Positions 1 to 8,017 of a DNA stretch of 33,071 bases are shown here, piece by piece. Within the stretch, counting starts at the first letter, position 1. Each line of letters starts with the position of its first letter. The notes beneath the pieces were generated by a model that worked only from the letters and a program-made list of their open reading frames with translations, was not told the origin of the DNA and made no database searches. This DNA is from an uncultured Oscillospiraceae bacterium. GTDB lineage: Bacteria; Bacillota; Clostridia; Oscillospirales; Oscillospiraceae. Location of the stretch: the NCBI GenBank assembly GCA_964452205.1, contig CAYVLD010000001.1:1-33071 (forward strand), read 5' to 3'. Both the position numbers and the translations under genes were made by a program.

Positions 1-1054
1 CCTTATGGCAGCGATAGCAGGTGCCGACGTTATGGCTGTAGGGCTCGATTTCCACCAAATAGCCCTGCTCCTGCAAATCGGCAACGATCTGTTTTCTTGC
101 CTCATAACGGTCAAGTCCCTGATATTTGCCGCCAAATTCATTGACCACACCGTTATCATCCAGAACACGGATGACCTCCAAATTATGGCGCAGACCAACC
201 TCAAAGTCGTTGGGGTCGTGGGCAGGTGTCATCTTAACGCAGCCGGTGCCGAAATCCATCTCTGCGTAATCATCGGCAACAACCGGAATTTCCTTGTTCA
301 TCAGCGGCAGAATCACGTTCTTGCCGACAATTGCGGTATAACGCTCGTCATTCGGGTTGACGCAAACGCCGCTGTCGCCGAGCATTGTCTCAGGTCTGGT
401 TGTTGCAACGATCACCTCGCCGGAGCCGTCGGCCAACGGATAACGGATATGCCACAAATTGCCGGGCTTGTCAACATACTCAACCTCTGCATCCGAAAGC
501 GCCGTAACGCAATTCGGGCACCAGTTGATGATGCGGCTGCCCTTATAGATCAAGCCCTGTTCATAAAGATTGACAAACACTTCACGCACAGCACTTGAGC
601 AGCCCTCATCCATCGTAAAGCGTGCGCGCTCCCAATCACAGGATGCACCAAGCTTCTTCTGCTGTTCGACGATACGGTTGCCGTACTGATGCTTCCAGTC
701 CCAGACCTTTTCCAAGAACTTCTCGCGACCCAAATCATAACGGGTCAAGCCCTCCTTGCGAAGCTCCTCTTCAACCTTGATCTGTGTAGCGATGCCTGCG
801 TGGTCAACACCGGGGAGCCACAAAGCGGAATAGCCCTGCATTCTCTTAAAGCGGATCAAAACATCCTGCAAAGCCGCATCCATCGCGTGACCCATATGAA
901 GCTGGCCGGTTACATTGGGAGGGGGCATAACAATGGTAAACGGCTTCTTGTCCGGATCACGCTTCGCGTGAAAATAGCCGCCGTCTGACCAGAATTTATA
1001 CAGACGCTCCTCTACCGCCTTTGGATCATAGGTTTTCGGTAATTCTCTTGCCAT
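1..1054 (-). CDS. valS: Valyl-tRNA synthetase, N-terminal part (runs off the left edge)
   Basis: Manual minus-strand translation from ATG 1054 gives [22 protein letters not shown]...[21 protein letters not shown]..., the class I HIGH-type (HMGH) motif typical of ValRS. AAAGGAGA RBS and a Val T-box lie upstream. Absent from the ORF track, presumably because no stop lies in the window. Confidence 0.97.
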   Translation of the reverse strand, partial: MARELPKTYDPKAVEERLYKFWSDGGYFHAKRDPDKKPFTIVMPPPNVTGQLHMGHAMDAALQDVLIRFKRMQGYSALWLPGVDHAGIATQIKVEEELRKEGLTRYDLGREKFLEKVWDWKHQYGNRIVEQQKKLGASCDWERARFTMDEGCSSAVREVFVNLYEQGLIYKGSRIINWCPNCVTALSDAEVEYVDKPGNLWHIRYPLADGSGEVIVATTRPETMLGDSGVCVNPNDERYTAIVGKNVILPLMNKEIPVVADDYAEMDFGTGCVKMTPAHDPNDFEVGLRHNLEVIRVLDDNGVVNEFGGKYQGLDRYEARKQIVADLQEQGYLVEIEPYSHNVGTCYRCHK

Positions 1055-1081
1055 ATTGTTTCTCCTTTAAGGTATTACATA

Positions 1082-1114
1082 AATAAAAATCGCCCCAAGC
1101 ATAGCTCAGGGCGA
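1082..1114 (-). terminator. T-box intrinsic terminator
   Basis: CGCCCTGAGC-TAT-GCTTGGGGCG followed by ATTTTTATTT on the minus strand. Confidence 0.9.
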
Positions 1115-1310
1115 ATAAAATCCGTGGTACCACCTGAATTCCCGTCAAAGACAGGCACTTCACTCTCTGTAACGGGAGAAACCCGTGCAAGCCTAAAAGC
1201 ATCAGCCTGCCCGCTCAAAAGTGACCTTCCTCCCACATTGCGAGAACTCTCACCGCCCGTTCCCTCTCTGAAGTCAGTGTGTAAAGTACTCCTCTTTTTC
1301 ACCGCGTTTG
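1082..1310 (-). ncRNA. T-box riboswitch (Val, GUC specifier) leader of valS
   Basis: Minus strand shows stem I motifs (GGTGA..., AGTA, AGAGA AG-box, GGTGAGA loop), specifier GAAG-GTC-A (GTC at 1225-1223), CCGTTA F-box, T-box AATTCAGGTGGTACCACGG (1140-1122), then a terminator hairpin with U tract. Confidence 0.95.
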
Positions 1311-1321
1311 TCTATATTTCC

Positions 1322-1350
1322 ATGATACAGAATTTTTTGATCTTTGTCAA
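1322..1350 (-). promoter_or_regulatory. SigA-type promoter of the T-box/valS leader
   Basis: TTGACA (1350-1345), 17-nt spacer, TATCAT (1327-1322), just 5' of T-box stem I. Confidence 0.85.
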
Positions 1351-1389
1351 GTTTATTTGCAGCAAAAGTGCCCCAAGACATAATTCTTC

Positions 1390-2475
1390 TCAACTGTTCC
1401 AAGTTCCGACACAGCCCAGTTCCCGAATCAAACGTTCTTGCAGAACTTCAAAGGTTGGAAGCCAACCGTCTTCGGCAATGATCTGACCTCCGAGCTGGGG
1501 GCAGGAATTTGCTTCGATTACGACCCAGCCGTTTTCCGAGTGTGCAACATCCCATCCAACGACACGATTTTCCGGAATCAAAGCAGCAAGCTCCCTGACA
1601 AGAGCACACGCCTGCTCCCATTGCGGAAGCTGAAAGCCTTTGGCGGTCGTACCGTTGTCCGGATGCTTCTCATAAAAATGACGGAATCGATCAGCAAGCA
1701 AAGTTGAAATTTTACCCGTTTTCAGATCTACACCGGCGCACATTCCTCCGGTGCAGAAATTATCCACAACCGTTCCCGTACGCCCGACACGAACCATAGG
1801 ATAATAGATCTCGACACCGTTTTCAAAATAGGCTGTCATGATCCTGACGGTATTCAAGCAACTGTCATTGATCGCGTTCATGAATGCAGACTGTTTTACA
1901 AGCTCCTCGATCACAACGCCATCCTTATGTGCAATGAGCTGAGAAAAGGTTTCGGCAATGTTATCTTTCGCCATATCAAACATACGGATACCGATTCCGC
2001 CGTACAGCGCTACCGGCTTCATGATGAACTTGGGAAACTTTGACACAAAATCAATGAACGCAAGCAGATCCTGATGACCTCGCACAAACAAAGCTTCACG
2101 CTGAAAATATTTTTTAAACCGCAAATAAGTCAAATATTTATTGTTAAGAAGCTTCACCGTCTCCAGCTTATTGACCGTCTGATAGAATTGCAGGCGAGCT
2201 CTGTCCGTCATGATTCGATCGCGCTTTTCTTCGCTCAAATGCGCAAAGCCGTAGATAAAGTATTCCTCCGCCGACGCACCAAAGCAAACATCACAGTAGA
2301 TCAACTCGTTGAGGAGCTTTTCTCTTTCCTCTTGCGTGCAATTCGGACGATACAGATCGATCGCCTGATTTGCGTTACGAATCCTTCTGTCATGCTTCTC
2401 GGGGTCGCGCTTCAACGCTTCTATCACCTGCTGAGCAACCTGCTGTCTTAGCGATAGCGGCTTTCTGCCGATCAT
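1390..2475 (-). CDS. Sugar-transfer-associated ATP-grasp (ATPgrasp_ST-like) protein
   Basis: NKYLTYLRFKKYFQRE, FIMKPVALYGGIGI, VIEELVKQS...NTVRIMT, VVDNFCTGG, VGWDVAHSENGWVVIEAN are characteristic motifs. ATGA overlap with the pgm stop. Confidence 0.8.
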   Translation of the reverse strand: MIGRKPLSLRQQVAQQVIEALKRDPEKHDRRIRNANQAIDLYRPNCTQEEREKLLNELIYCDVCFGASAEEYFIYGFAHLSEEKRDRIMTDRARLQFYQTVNKLETVKLLNNKYLTYLRFKKYFQREALFVRGHQDLLAFIDFVSKFPKFIMKPVALYGGIGIRMFDMAKDNIAETFSQLIAHKDGVVIEELVKQSAFMNAINDSCLNTVRIMTAYFENGVEIYYPMVRVGRTGTVVDNFCTGGMCAGVDLKTGKISTLLADRFRHFYEKHPDNGTTAKGFQLPQWEQACALVRELAALIPENRVVGWDVAHSENGWVVIEANSCPQLGGQIIAEDGWLPTFEVLQERLIRELGCVGTWNS

Positions 2476-4175
2476 AATGCCGAAACCTCACGCATTGCTT
2501 CGCTCAAGGCATTGCAAAGCTGCTTTGCGGCATTCTGATCCTTATCGACCGCCGTCAGATACAGCTTAACCTTCGGCTCTGTGCCGGACGGACGAACGAT
2601 CACGCTGCCCTTGTCGCCAAGAACGAGAGTCACCACATTCGACTTCGGCAAAGTCACATCCGCTTCCTCGCCCGTAATCAAATCGCGGGTAATTCTGCTC
2701 TGATAATCGGTAAATCTTGTGACCGCAATGCCGCAAAGCTCGCTCGGTACATTTGCGCGGAAGTCTGCCATAAACTTCGCAGACAGCTCCATTGCGTTCG
2801 GACCGGTCAGCTCAAGGCTGATAACCTTTGCCTCATGATAGCCAAGCTCTGCATACAGCGAATCCATCTTCTGCGCCAAGCTCATACCTTCGCGCTTCAG
2901 CTTCGCTGCCAAATCACAAGTCAGCATAGAGGCAACCACGGCGTCCTTATCGCGTGCATAAGTCCCCTTTAAGTAACCGCAGCTTTCCTCAAAGCCGAAT
3001 ACGAAACGATATTCTTCATTTTTTTCTTCCAGCGCGAGAATTTCTCCGCCGATATACTTAAAGCCGGTTAAGACAGCCTTCATCCTTACACCGTACTTCG
3101 CTGCGATCTTATCTGCAAGCGGTGTAGATACAATGCTGCGCACCGCAACAGGCTCATTCGGCAGCTTGCCCTGCGCGGACATTTCGCCCAAAATGTAATC
3201 CAGAAGCAGACAGCCCAGCTCGTTGCCGCTGAGTTTACGGAAGCCGTCGCCCTCGGGCACCGCGACAGCCACGCGGTCGCAATCGGGGTCGGTTCCCAAA
3301 ATAAGATCCGGATGAGTCCGGCGTGCGATCTTATAGCTTTCGTTCAGAGCCGCATCTGTCTCGGGATTCGGATATTCGCAGGTCTTAAAATCGCCGTCAG
3401 GCTGTTCCTGAATCTTAACAATATCAACGTTGACACCGATTCTGCTCAAAACCTCACGCACAGGCTTGTTGCCGGTTCCGCAAAGGGGTGTATACAGCAG
3501 ATTCAGATTATCGGAAGGCCCATTTGCAATTCGTTCAGCCAAAACTGTCTGATAATAGCTCTCCCACATTTCCGGCGCGATCAGCTCAATACTGCCATTT
3601 GCCATGCAGACATCAAAGTCACTCTCAGGCAGTACGAAATATGCGATCTCGGAGATCTTCTCATAGACGATCGCCGCAGGCTCATCGGTCATCTGACAGC
3701 CGTCGGGACCATAGCACTTGATGCCGTTATACGCACCTGCGTTGTGGCTCGCAGAAACAACAATGCCGCAGCCGCAGCCAAGCTGACGCACCGCATAAGA
3801 AAGCATCGGTGTCGGTGCAAGCTCGTGATAAACATAAACTTTCACGCCATTTTCGGCCAGTGCAACCGCGCAGATTTCTGCATAACGGCGTGAATTATGA
3901 CGTGAATCATAGCCAATGGCGCATCTTTGCGGCAAGTCGGTGCTCGTCAGCCATGCGGCAAGTCCCTGAGCAGTACGTCTTACAGTAAAATCGTTCAGAC
4001 GGTTCGTGCCCGGACCCATAATGCCGCGGATACCGGCCGTACCAAACTGCAGCTCAGCACCAAATGCAGACTTCATCTCATCGTCGTTAGCTGACATTTC
4101 CTTGAGTACACGGACTCCTGCTTCACTTAACGGTGCGCTCTTGCACCAGACGTGGTAACGATCTTGATAAGTCAT
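2472..4175 (-). CDS. pgm: Phosphoglucomutase/phosphomannomutase (alpha-D-phosphohexomutase)
   Basis: FGTAGIRG, SASHN phosphoserine loop, DPDCDR metal loop, GFEESCG, RPSGTEPKVK. AGGAGG RBS. Confidence 0.93.
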   Translation of the reverse strand: MTYQDRYHVWCKSAPLSEAGVRVLKEMSANDDEMKSAFGAELQFGTAGIRGIMGPGTNRLNDFTVRRTAQGLAAWLTSTDLPQRCAIGYDSRHNSRRYAEICAVALAENGVKVYVYHELAPTPMLSYAVRQLGCGCGIVVSASHNAGAYNGIKCYGPDGCQMTDEPAAIVYEKISEIAYFVLPESDFDVCMANGSIELIAPEMWESYYQTVLAERIANGPSDNLNLLYTPLCGTGNKPVREVLSRIGVNVDIVKIQEQPDGDFKTCEYPNPETDAALNESYKIARRTHPDLILGTDPDCDRVAVAVPEGDGFRKLSGNELGCLLLDYILGEMSAQGKLPNEPVAVRSIVSTPLADKIAAKYGVRMKAVLTGFKYIGGEILALEEKNEEYRFVFGFEESCGYLKGTYARDKDAVVASMLTCDLAAKLKREGMSLAQKMDSLYAELGYHEAKVISLELTGPNAMELSAKFMADFRANVPSELCGIAVTRFTDYQSRITRDLITGEEADVTLPKSNVVTLVLGDKGSVIVRPSGTEPKVKLYLTAVDKDQNAAKQLCNALSEAMREVSAL

Positions 4176-4188
4176 AATGTTCCTCCTG

Positions 4189-4223
4189 AAAAGCAGGTCA
4201 ATTTATATGAGAAATTGACCTGC
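4189..4223 (-). terminator. Hairpin with short U tract immediately 5' of the pgm RBS
   Basis: Perfect 12-bp stem GCAGGTCAATTT/AAATTGACCTGC (4193-4223) followed by TTTT on the minus strand. Confidence 0.6.
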
Positions 4224-4232
4224 AAATATTCA

Positions 4233-4733
4233 TTATACGTCTTCAATAATTGCGGAATTTGCCTTCGCCTGAGGATTGACCAACGCACGGAACTTCGCAC
4301 GAGAATCGCGGATCTCTGCCAAAGACTGAGCAACGGCTTCTTCTGTCTTGCGCAGTGCATCATCCACATAATCGTTCGTGACCTGCTTGAGCTCCTTGAT
4401 CTTCTCCTGCGCCGCACGAACCATTTCGTTCGCCTGATTCTTTGCTTCCTTATAAATCTCCTCCTGGGCGACCAACTGACGTGCCTGAATCTGAGCGCTC
4501 TTCAAAATGCCCTCAGCCTCACGTTTTGCGTTGGTGATCAGTTCGCTGCGAGATTCAACGATCGTCTTTGCCTGCTTCAGCTCGCCCGGCAACTGGTTGC
4601 TGATCTCATCAAGCAGATCCAGCACCTTTTCGCGCTCAAGAGAGCACTTGTCGCCGCTAAAGGGTACATTTTTTGCGTCCTGCACCATTTCGTAAAGTAT
4701 GCCAATCAGTTCTTCAATGCCATGTTCGTTCAT
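4233..4733 (-). CDS. Coiled-coil SepIVA/DivIVA-like protein that usually follows coaD (often mis-annotated ATPase)
   Basis: LYEMVQDAKNVPFSGDKCSLEREKVLDLLDEI...LPGELKQAK...AKREAE pattern, in the conserved position after rsmD-coaD. Confidence 0.7.
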   Translation of the reverse strand: MNEHGIEELIGILYEMVQDAKNVPFSGDKCSLEREKVLDLLDEISNQLPGELKQAKTIVESRSELITNAKREAEGILKSAQIQARQLVAQEEIYKEAKNQANEMVRAAQEKIKELKQVTNDYVDDALRKTEEAVAQSLAEIRDSRAKFRALVNPQAKANSAIIEDV

Positions 4734-4736
4734 TTT

Positions 4737-5225
4737 TTATGCCTCCTTATTTCTGATTCTATTTAAAAATTCTTCCATGATCTCCTTTGGGAGAAAATCC
4801 TCCAGATCCGCACCGTAATAACCCATTTCCTTCACAGCGCTGGAACTGAGGTACATAAATTGATGCTCTGCGGTTAAAAACATCGAATCCAACTCCGGAT
4901 TGAGCTTTCTGTTGATCATCGCCATCTGAAATTCTTTCTCGAAGTCACTGCCGGCACGCAACCCCTTGATAATCGTACAGCACCCGTGCTCTCTGGCGTA
5001 TTGCGCCAAAAGCCCGAAATGTGCATCAACCGAAACATTGGGCAGGTGCTCAGTCACGCGCCGAAGCTGATCCTCTCGCTCCTCCAGCGTGAACAGCGGC
5101 TTTTTATCATGATTCACCATCACGCAGACGATCAAACGATCAAACAGCTTCGCTGCTCTCTCGATGATATTCAGATGTCCATTCGTCACAGGGTCAAAGC
5201 TGCCCGGATAGACTGCAATTTTCAT
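4737..5225 (-). CDS. coaD: Phosphopantetheine adenylyltransferase
   Basis: MKIAVYPGSFDPVTNGHLNII, IIKGLRAGSDFEKE, LSSSAVKE. True start ATG 5225 overlaps the rsmD stop. Confidence 0.96.
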   Translation of the reverse strand: MKIAVYPGSFDPVTNGHLNIIERAAKLFDRLIVCVMVNHDKKPLFTLEEREDQLRRVTEHLPNVSVDAHFGLLAQYAREHGCCTIIKGLRAGSDFEKEFQMAMINRKLNPELDSMFLTAEHQFMYLSSSAVKEMGYYGADLEDFLPKEIMEEFLNRIRNKEA

Positions 5226-5773
5226 AAACCTTCCTTTTTTCTGCGGAACAAAGTAATGATCGTCTTGCCGTAGCAATAGTCCTTGGAGCGGTCGAAGCCG
5301 CAAAATTCTTCCTCCAACGCCTTCTCCGTCGGTCGCTCCGTTATAATTATACCATCTTCTGCGAGAATGTCAATTTCTGATATTAATTTTATTGCATTTT
5401 CTAAATATTTTTCGGCATACGGTGGGTCAAGAAAGATCATTCTGAAGCGTTTTTTGCACCGTTTCAGAAAAGAAAGATAATCCGACCGGATCACTTGCGC
5501 TTTTTCGGTCAAATGCGTTCGCTTTAGGTTTTCACGAATGACAGCAATCGATTCCTTCCGCGCGTCCACAAAAACCGCACTTTTCGCACCTCGGCTGAGC
5601 GCCTCAATGCCAAGCTGTCCCGATCCTGCAAACAAATCGAGCACGTCTCCGGCGATTTCAAATTGGATCATATTAAATAATGCCTGCTTCACCTTATCCG
5701 CCGTCGGGCGTGTCTGCAGCCCGTCCGGTGCTTTTAAGCCGGTTCCGCCGGCTGTACCGGTAATCACTCGCAT
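5222..5773 (-). CDS. rsmD: 16S rRNA m2G966 methyltransferase
   Basis: MRVITGTAGG...TRPTADKVKQALFN, VLDLFAGSGQLGIEALSRGA, IFLDPPY. GGGAG RBS before ATG 5773 (alternative GTG 5782). Confidence 0.95.
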   Translation of the reverse strand: MRVITGTAGGTGLKAPDGLQTRPTADKVKQALFNMIQFEIAGDVLDLFAGSGQLGIEALSRGAKSAVFVDARKESIAVIRENLKRTHLTEKAQVIRSDYLSFLKRCKKRFRMIFLDPPYAEKYLENAIKLISEIDILAEDGIIITERPTEKALEEEFCGFDRSKDYCYGKTIITLFRRKKEGL

Positions 5774-5778
5774 AGCCT

Positions 5779-7596
5779 TCACTCCCGGGAATGAAAATGT
5801 TCAAAAATTTTCTGCGCCACCGTTTCAGGGACACAACGCGAAAGCTCAGTTACATCGGCATTCGCAATTGCCTTGATCGACTTAAACTGCTTCAAAAGCG
5901 CAATCCTGCGCTTTTCTCCGACCCCCTCGATCGCATCGAGCGTTGAGCCCTTCACGCGCTTGCTGCGCAGTGTGCGGTGATAAGTGATCGCAAAGCGATG
6001 CGTTTCCTCCTGAATCCGTCCGATAAAGGCGAATACTGCAGGAATCGCCTGAATGCCGATTTCATCCCCATCCGGCGTGACAAGCGCACGCGTGCGGTGT
6101 CTATTGTCCTTGACCATGCCGTAAATCGGAATCGAGATCCCCATCGTCTGCAGCGCATCGCGCACGACCTGCGCATGAACCACGCCGCCATCAATGAGCA
6201 GCGCATCCGGTTTTTGGTCAAAGCCCTTGTCGCCGTCTAAAAAATGACAAAATCTGCGGCAAAGCACCTGCTGCATCGAGGCATAGTCGTCCTGATCGTT
6301 AAGATTCTCGATCTTAAAACGTTTATAGTCGCTCTTTTTCGGTTTTCCGTCGGCAAAAACTGTCATAGATGCGACAATGTCCGTCCCGGCGATATTGGAA
6401 ATGTCATAAGCCTCCAAGCGATGCAGCGGCTCCGTCAGCCCCAGCATGTTCTGCAGCAGCTTCATCGTGGCACTCACTCGCTCAGCCGCTGTGGTTGCGC
6501 GTTCTGCTTCCTCGCGAGCATTTTTGCAAGCGAGTTCAACAAGCTTCTTGTTATCGCCGCGCTGCGGCACAATGATACGCACATTTTTGTCCAGTTTCTC
6601 CAAAAGAAGTTGGGCAAAAACATCCGCATCATCCATCGCAAGCGGCAAAAGGATCCGTTTAGGCGCAGCATTGCGCGTCAGATAATACTGCTTGACAAGC
6701 TGACTAAGCGCCTCTGCCGCGTCCTCCGTACCGGAAAGGATCTCATAATCCTTGTCCATCAGATTTCCGCCGATAAAGTGAAGCACGGCAAAGCAAGCCT
6801 TTGCCTCCGTCTGATACCATCCGATCACATCGGTATCGGCCATCACACCGGCCGTAACAAGCTGACGCTGACCAAGCATCTCGATTGCTCTAAGCTGATC
6901 ACGATACTGCGCGGCATGCTCAAAATCAAGATTTTCCGCCGCTTCTTCCATTTTAACTCGGAGCTGTTCGGAAAGCTGCTTATGCTTTCCCTCTAAAAGC
7001 AGCACTCCTTGTGACATTCGCGAAGCATACTCCTCTTGCGGCATTTCCTTTCTGCACCAACCTGCACAGTTGTTCATATGAAAATTCAGGCAGGGGCGCT
7101 CCTTGCCAATATCTCCGGGAAAAACTCTGGAGCAGGTCGGAAGCTTGAAAACCTCGCAGATCGTATCGATCACCTGTTTTGTCTTGCCGCGGCTGCCGTA
7201 AGGACCGAAATACTGCGCGCCGTCATCGCTGACGCGGTTTGCAAGCTGCAGCTTCGGATACAATTCGCGCAGATCCACTCTTAGGTACGGGTAGCCCTTG
7301 TCGTCCTTGAGAAGGATGTTATATTTCGGCATATAGTGCTTGATGAGCGAGCACTCCAGCACCAGCGCCTCAAACTCCGATGCGGCAGCGATAGTCTCAA
7401 AATGATCCACCTGTGAAACCATTCGTCTGGTCTTCGGACTGTGCGAAGCAGTGTCCTGAAAATATTGGCTGACGCGGTTTTTCAGCTTTTTCGCCTTGCC
7501 GACATAAATCACCGTGTCGTCAGCGTTTTTCATCAGATAAACGCCCGGCTCGTAGGGCAGCGAAAGCGCCGCAGTCTTTAATTCTTCACGTGTCAT
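5779..7596 (-). CDS. uvrC: Excinuclease ABC subunit C
   Basis: GIY-YIG domain (PGVYLMK...IYVGKAKKLKNRVSQYF), UVR domain, EAYDISN, LIDGG, QEETHRFAITYHR, HhH C-terminus. Confidence 0.97.
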   Translation of the reverse strand: MTREELKTAALSLPYEPGVYLMKNADDTVIYVGKAKKLKNRVSQYFQDTASHSPKTRRMVSQVDHFETIAAASEFEALVLECSLIKHYMPKYNILLKDDKGYPYLRVDLRELYPKLQLANRVSDDGAQYFGPYGSRGKTKQVIDTICEVFKLPTCSRVFPGDIGKERPCLNFHMNNCAGWCRKEMPQEEYASRMSQGVLLLEGKHKQLSEQLRVKMEEAAENLDFEHAAQYRDQLRAIEMLGQRQLVTAGVMADTDVIGWYQTEAKACFAVLHFIGGNLMDKDYEILSGTEDAAEALSQLVKQYYLTRNAAPKRILLPLAMDDADVFAQLLLEKLDKNVRIIVPQRGDNKKLVELACKNAREEAERATTAAERVSATMKLLQNMLGLTEPLHRLEAYDISNIAGTDIVASMTVFADGKPKKSDYKRFKIENLNDQDDYASMQQVLCRRFCHFLDGDKGFDQKPDALLIDGGVVHAQVVRDALQTMGISIPIYGMVKDNRHRTRALVTPDGDEIGIQAIPAVFAFIGRIQEETHRFAITYHRTLRSKRVKGSTLDAIEGVGEKRRIALLKQFKSIKAIANADVTELSRCVPETVAQKIFEHFHSRE

Positions 7597-7606
7597 ACAA
7601 ACCCTC

Positions 7607-7648
7607 AAAGAGAAGACTGTCCCAAACGTTTCGACGCTTGAGACAGTC
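7607..7648 (-). terminator. Intrinsic terminator after the HPr gene
   Basis: 15-bp stem GACTGTCTCAAGCGT-CGAA-ACGTTTGGGACAGTC, fully paired only on the minus strand (two G-U pairs), followed by TTCTCTTT. Confidence 0.75.
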
Positions 7649-7661
7649 GTTTGGTTTCATG

Positions 7662-7922
7662 TTAATAAATATCCTTCAGCAGCATTGCAGACAGGGACTT
7701 GACAGCGGCTTCCTCATCGGTACCCTCTGCAACCAAAGTGATCTCCGTGCCGGTGGTGATTCCCATAGACAAAACACCCAGCAGGCTCTTTGCATTGATC
7801 TTGCGCTCATCGGCTTCGATCCAAATGCTGGCTCTGAATTCATTGGCTTTTTGGATAAAGTAAGTAGCTTGTTTATTGTGAAGCCCGGATTCGCACTTCA
7901 CGATCGTTTTTTCTGTATACAC
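7662..7922 (-). CDS. HPr-family phosphocarrier protein (variant His15 motif)
   Basis: 86 aa with GLH at 13-15 and NAKSLLGVLSMG with Ser46. GTG start with AAGGAG RBS. Confidence 0.9.
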   Translation of the reverse strand: MYTEKTIVKCESGLHNKQATYFIQKANEFRASIWIEADERKINAKSLLGVLSMGITTGTEITLVAEGTDEEAAVKSLSAMLLKDIY

Positions 7923-7972
7923 AGGTGGTCACTCCTTATTCTTTTCGACCATCCTTGGTCGGTATTATTAAT

Positions 7973-8001
7973 AATATACGCATAAAAATTGGATTTGTCA
8001 A
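7973..8001 (-). promoter_or_regulatory. SigA-type promoter of the HPr gene
   Basis: TTGACA (8001-7996), 17-nt spacer, TATATT (7978-7973). Confidence 0.8.
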
Positions 8002-8017
8002 CAGATTTTCCGAAAAA

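Noticed and set aside
5..988. Plus-strand ORFs 5..598 and 689..988
   Set aside because: They are antisense to valS, which is clearly encoded on the minus strand.
1075..1486. ORFs 1075..1302 (-) and 1124..1486 (+)
   Set aside because: They overlap the T-box leader and promoter, and the RNA structure explains the region.
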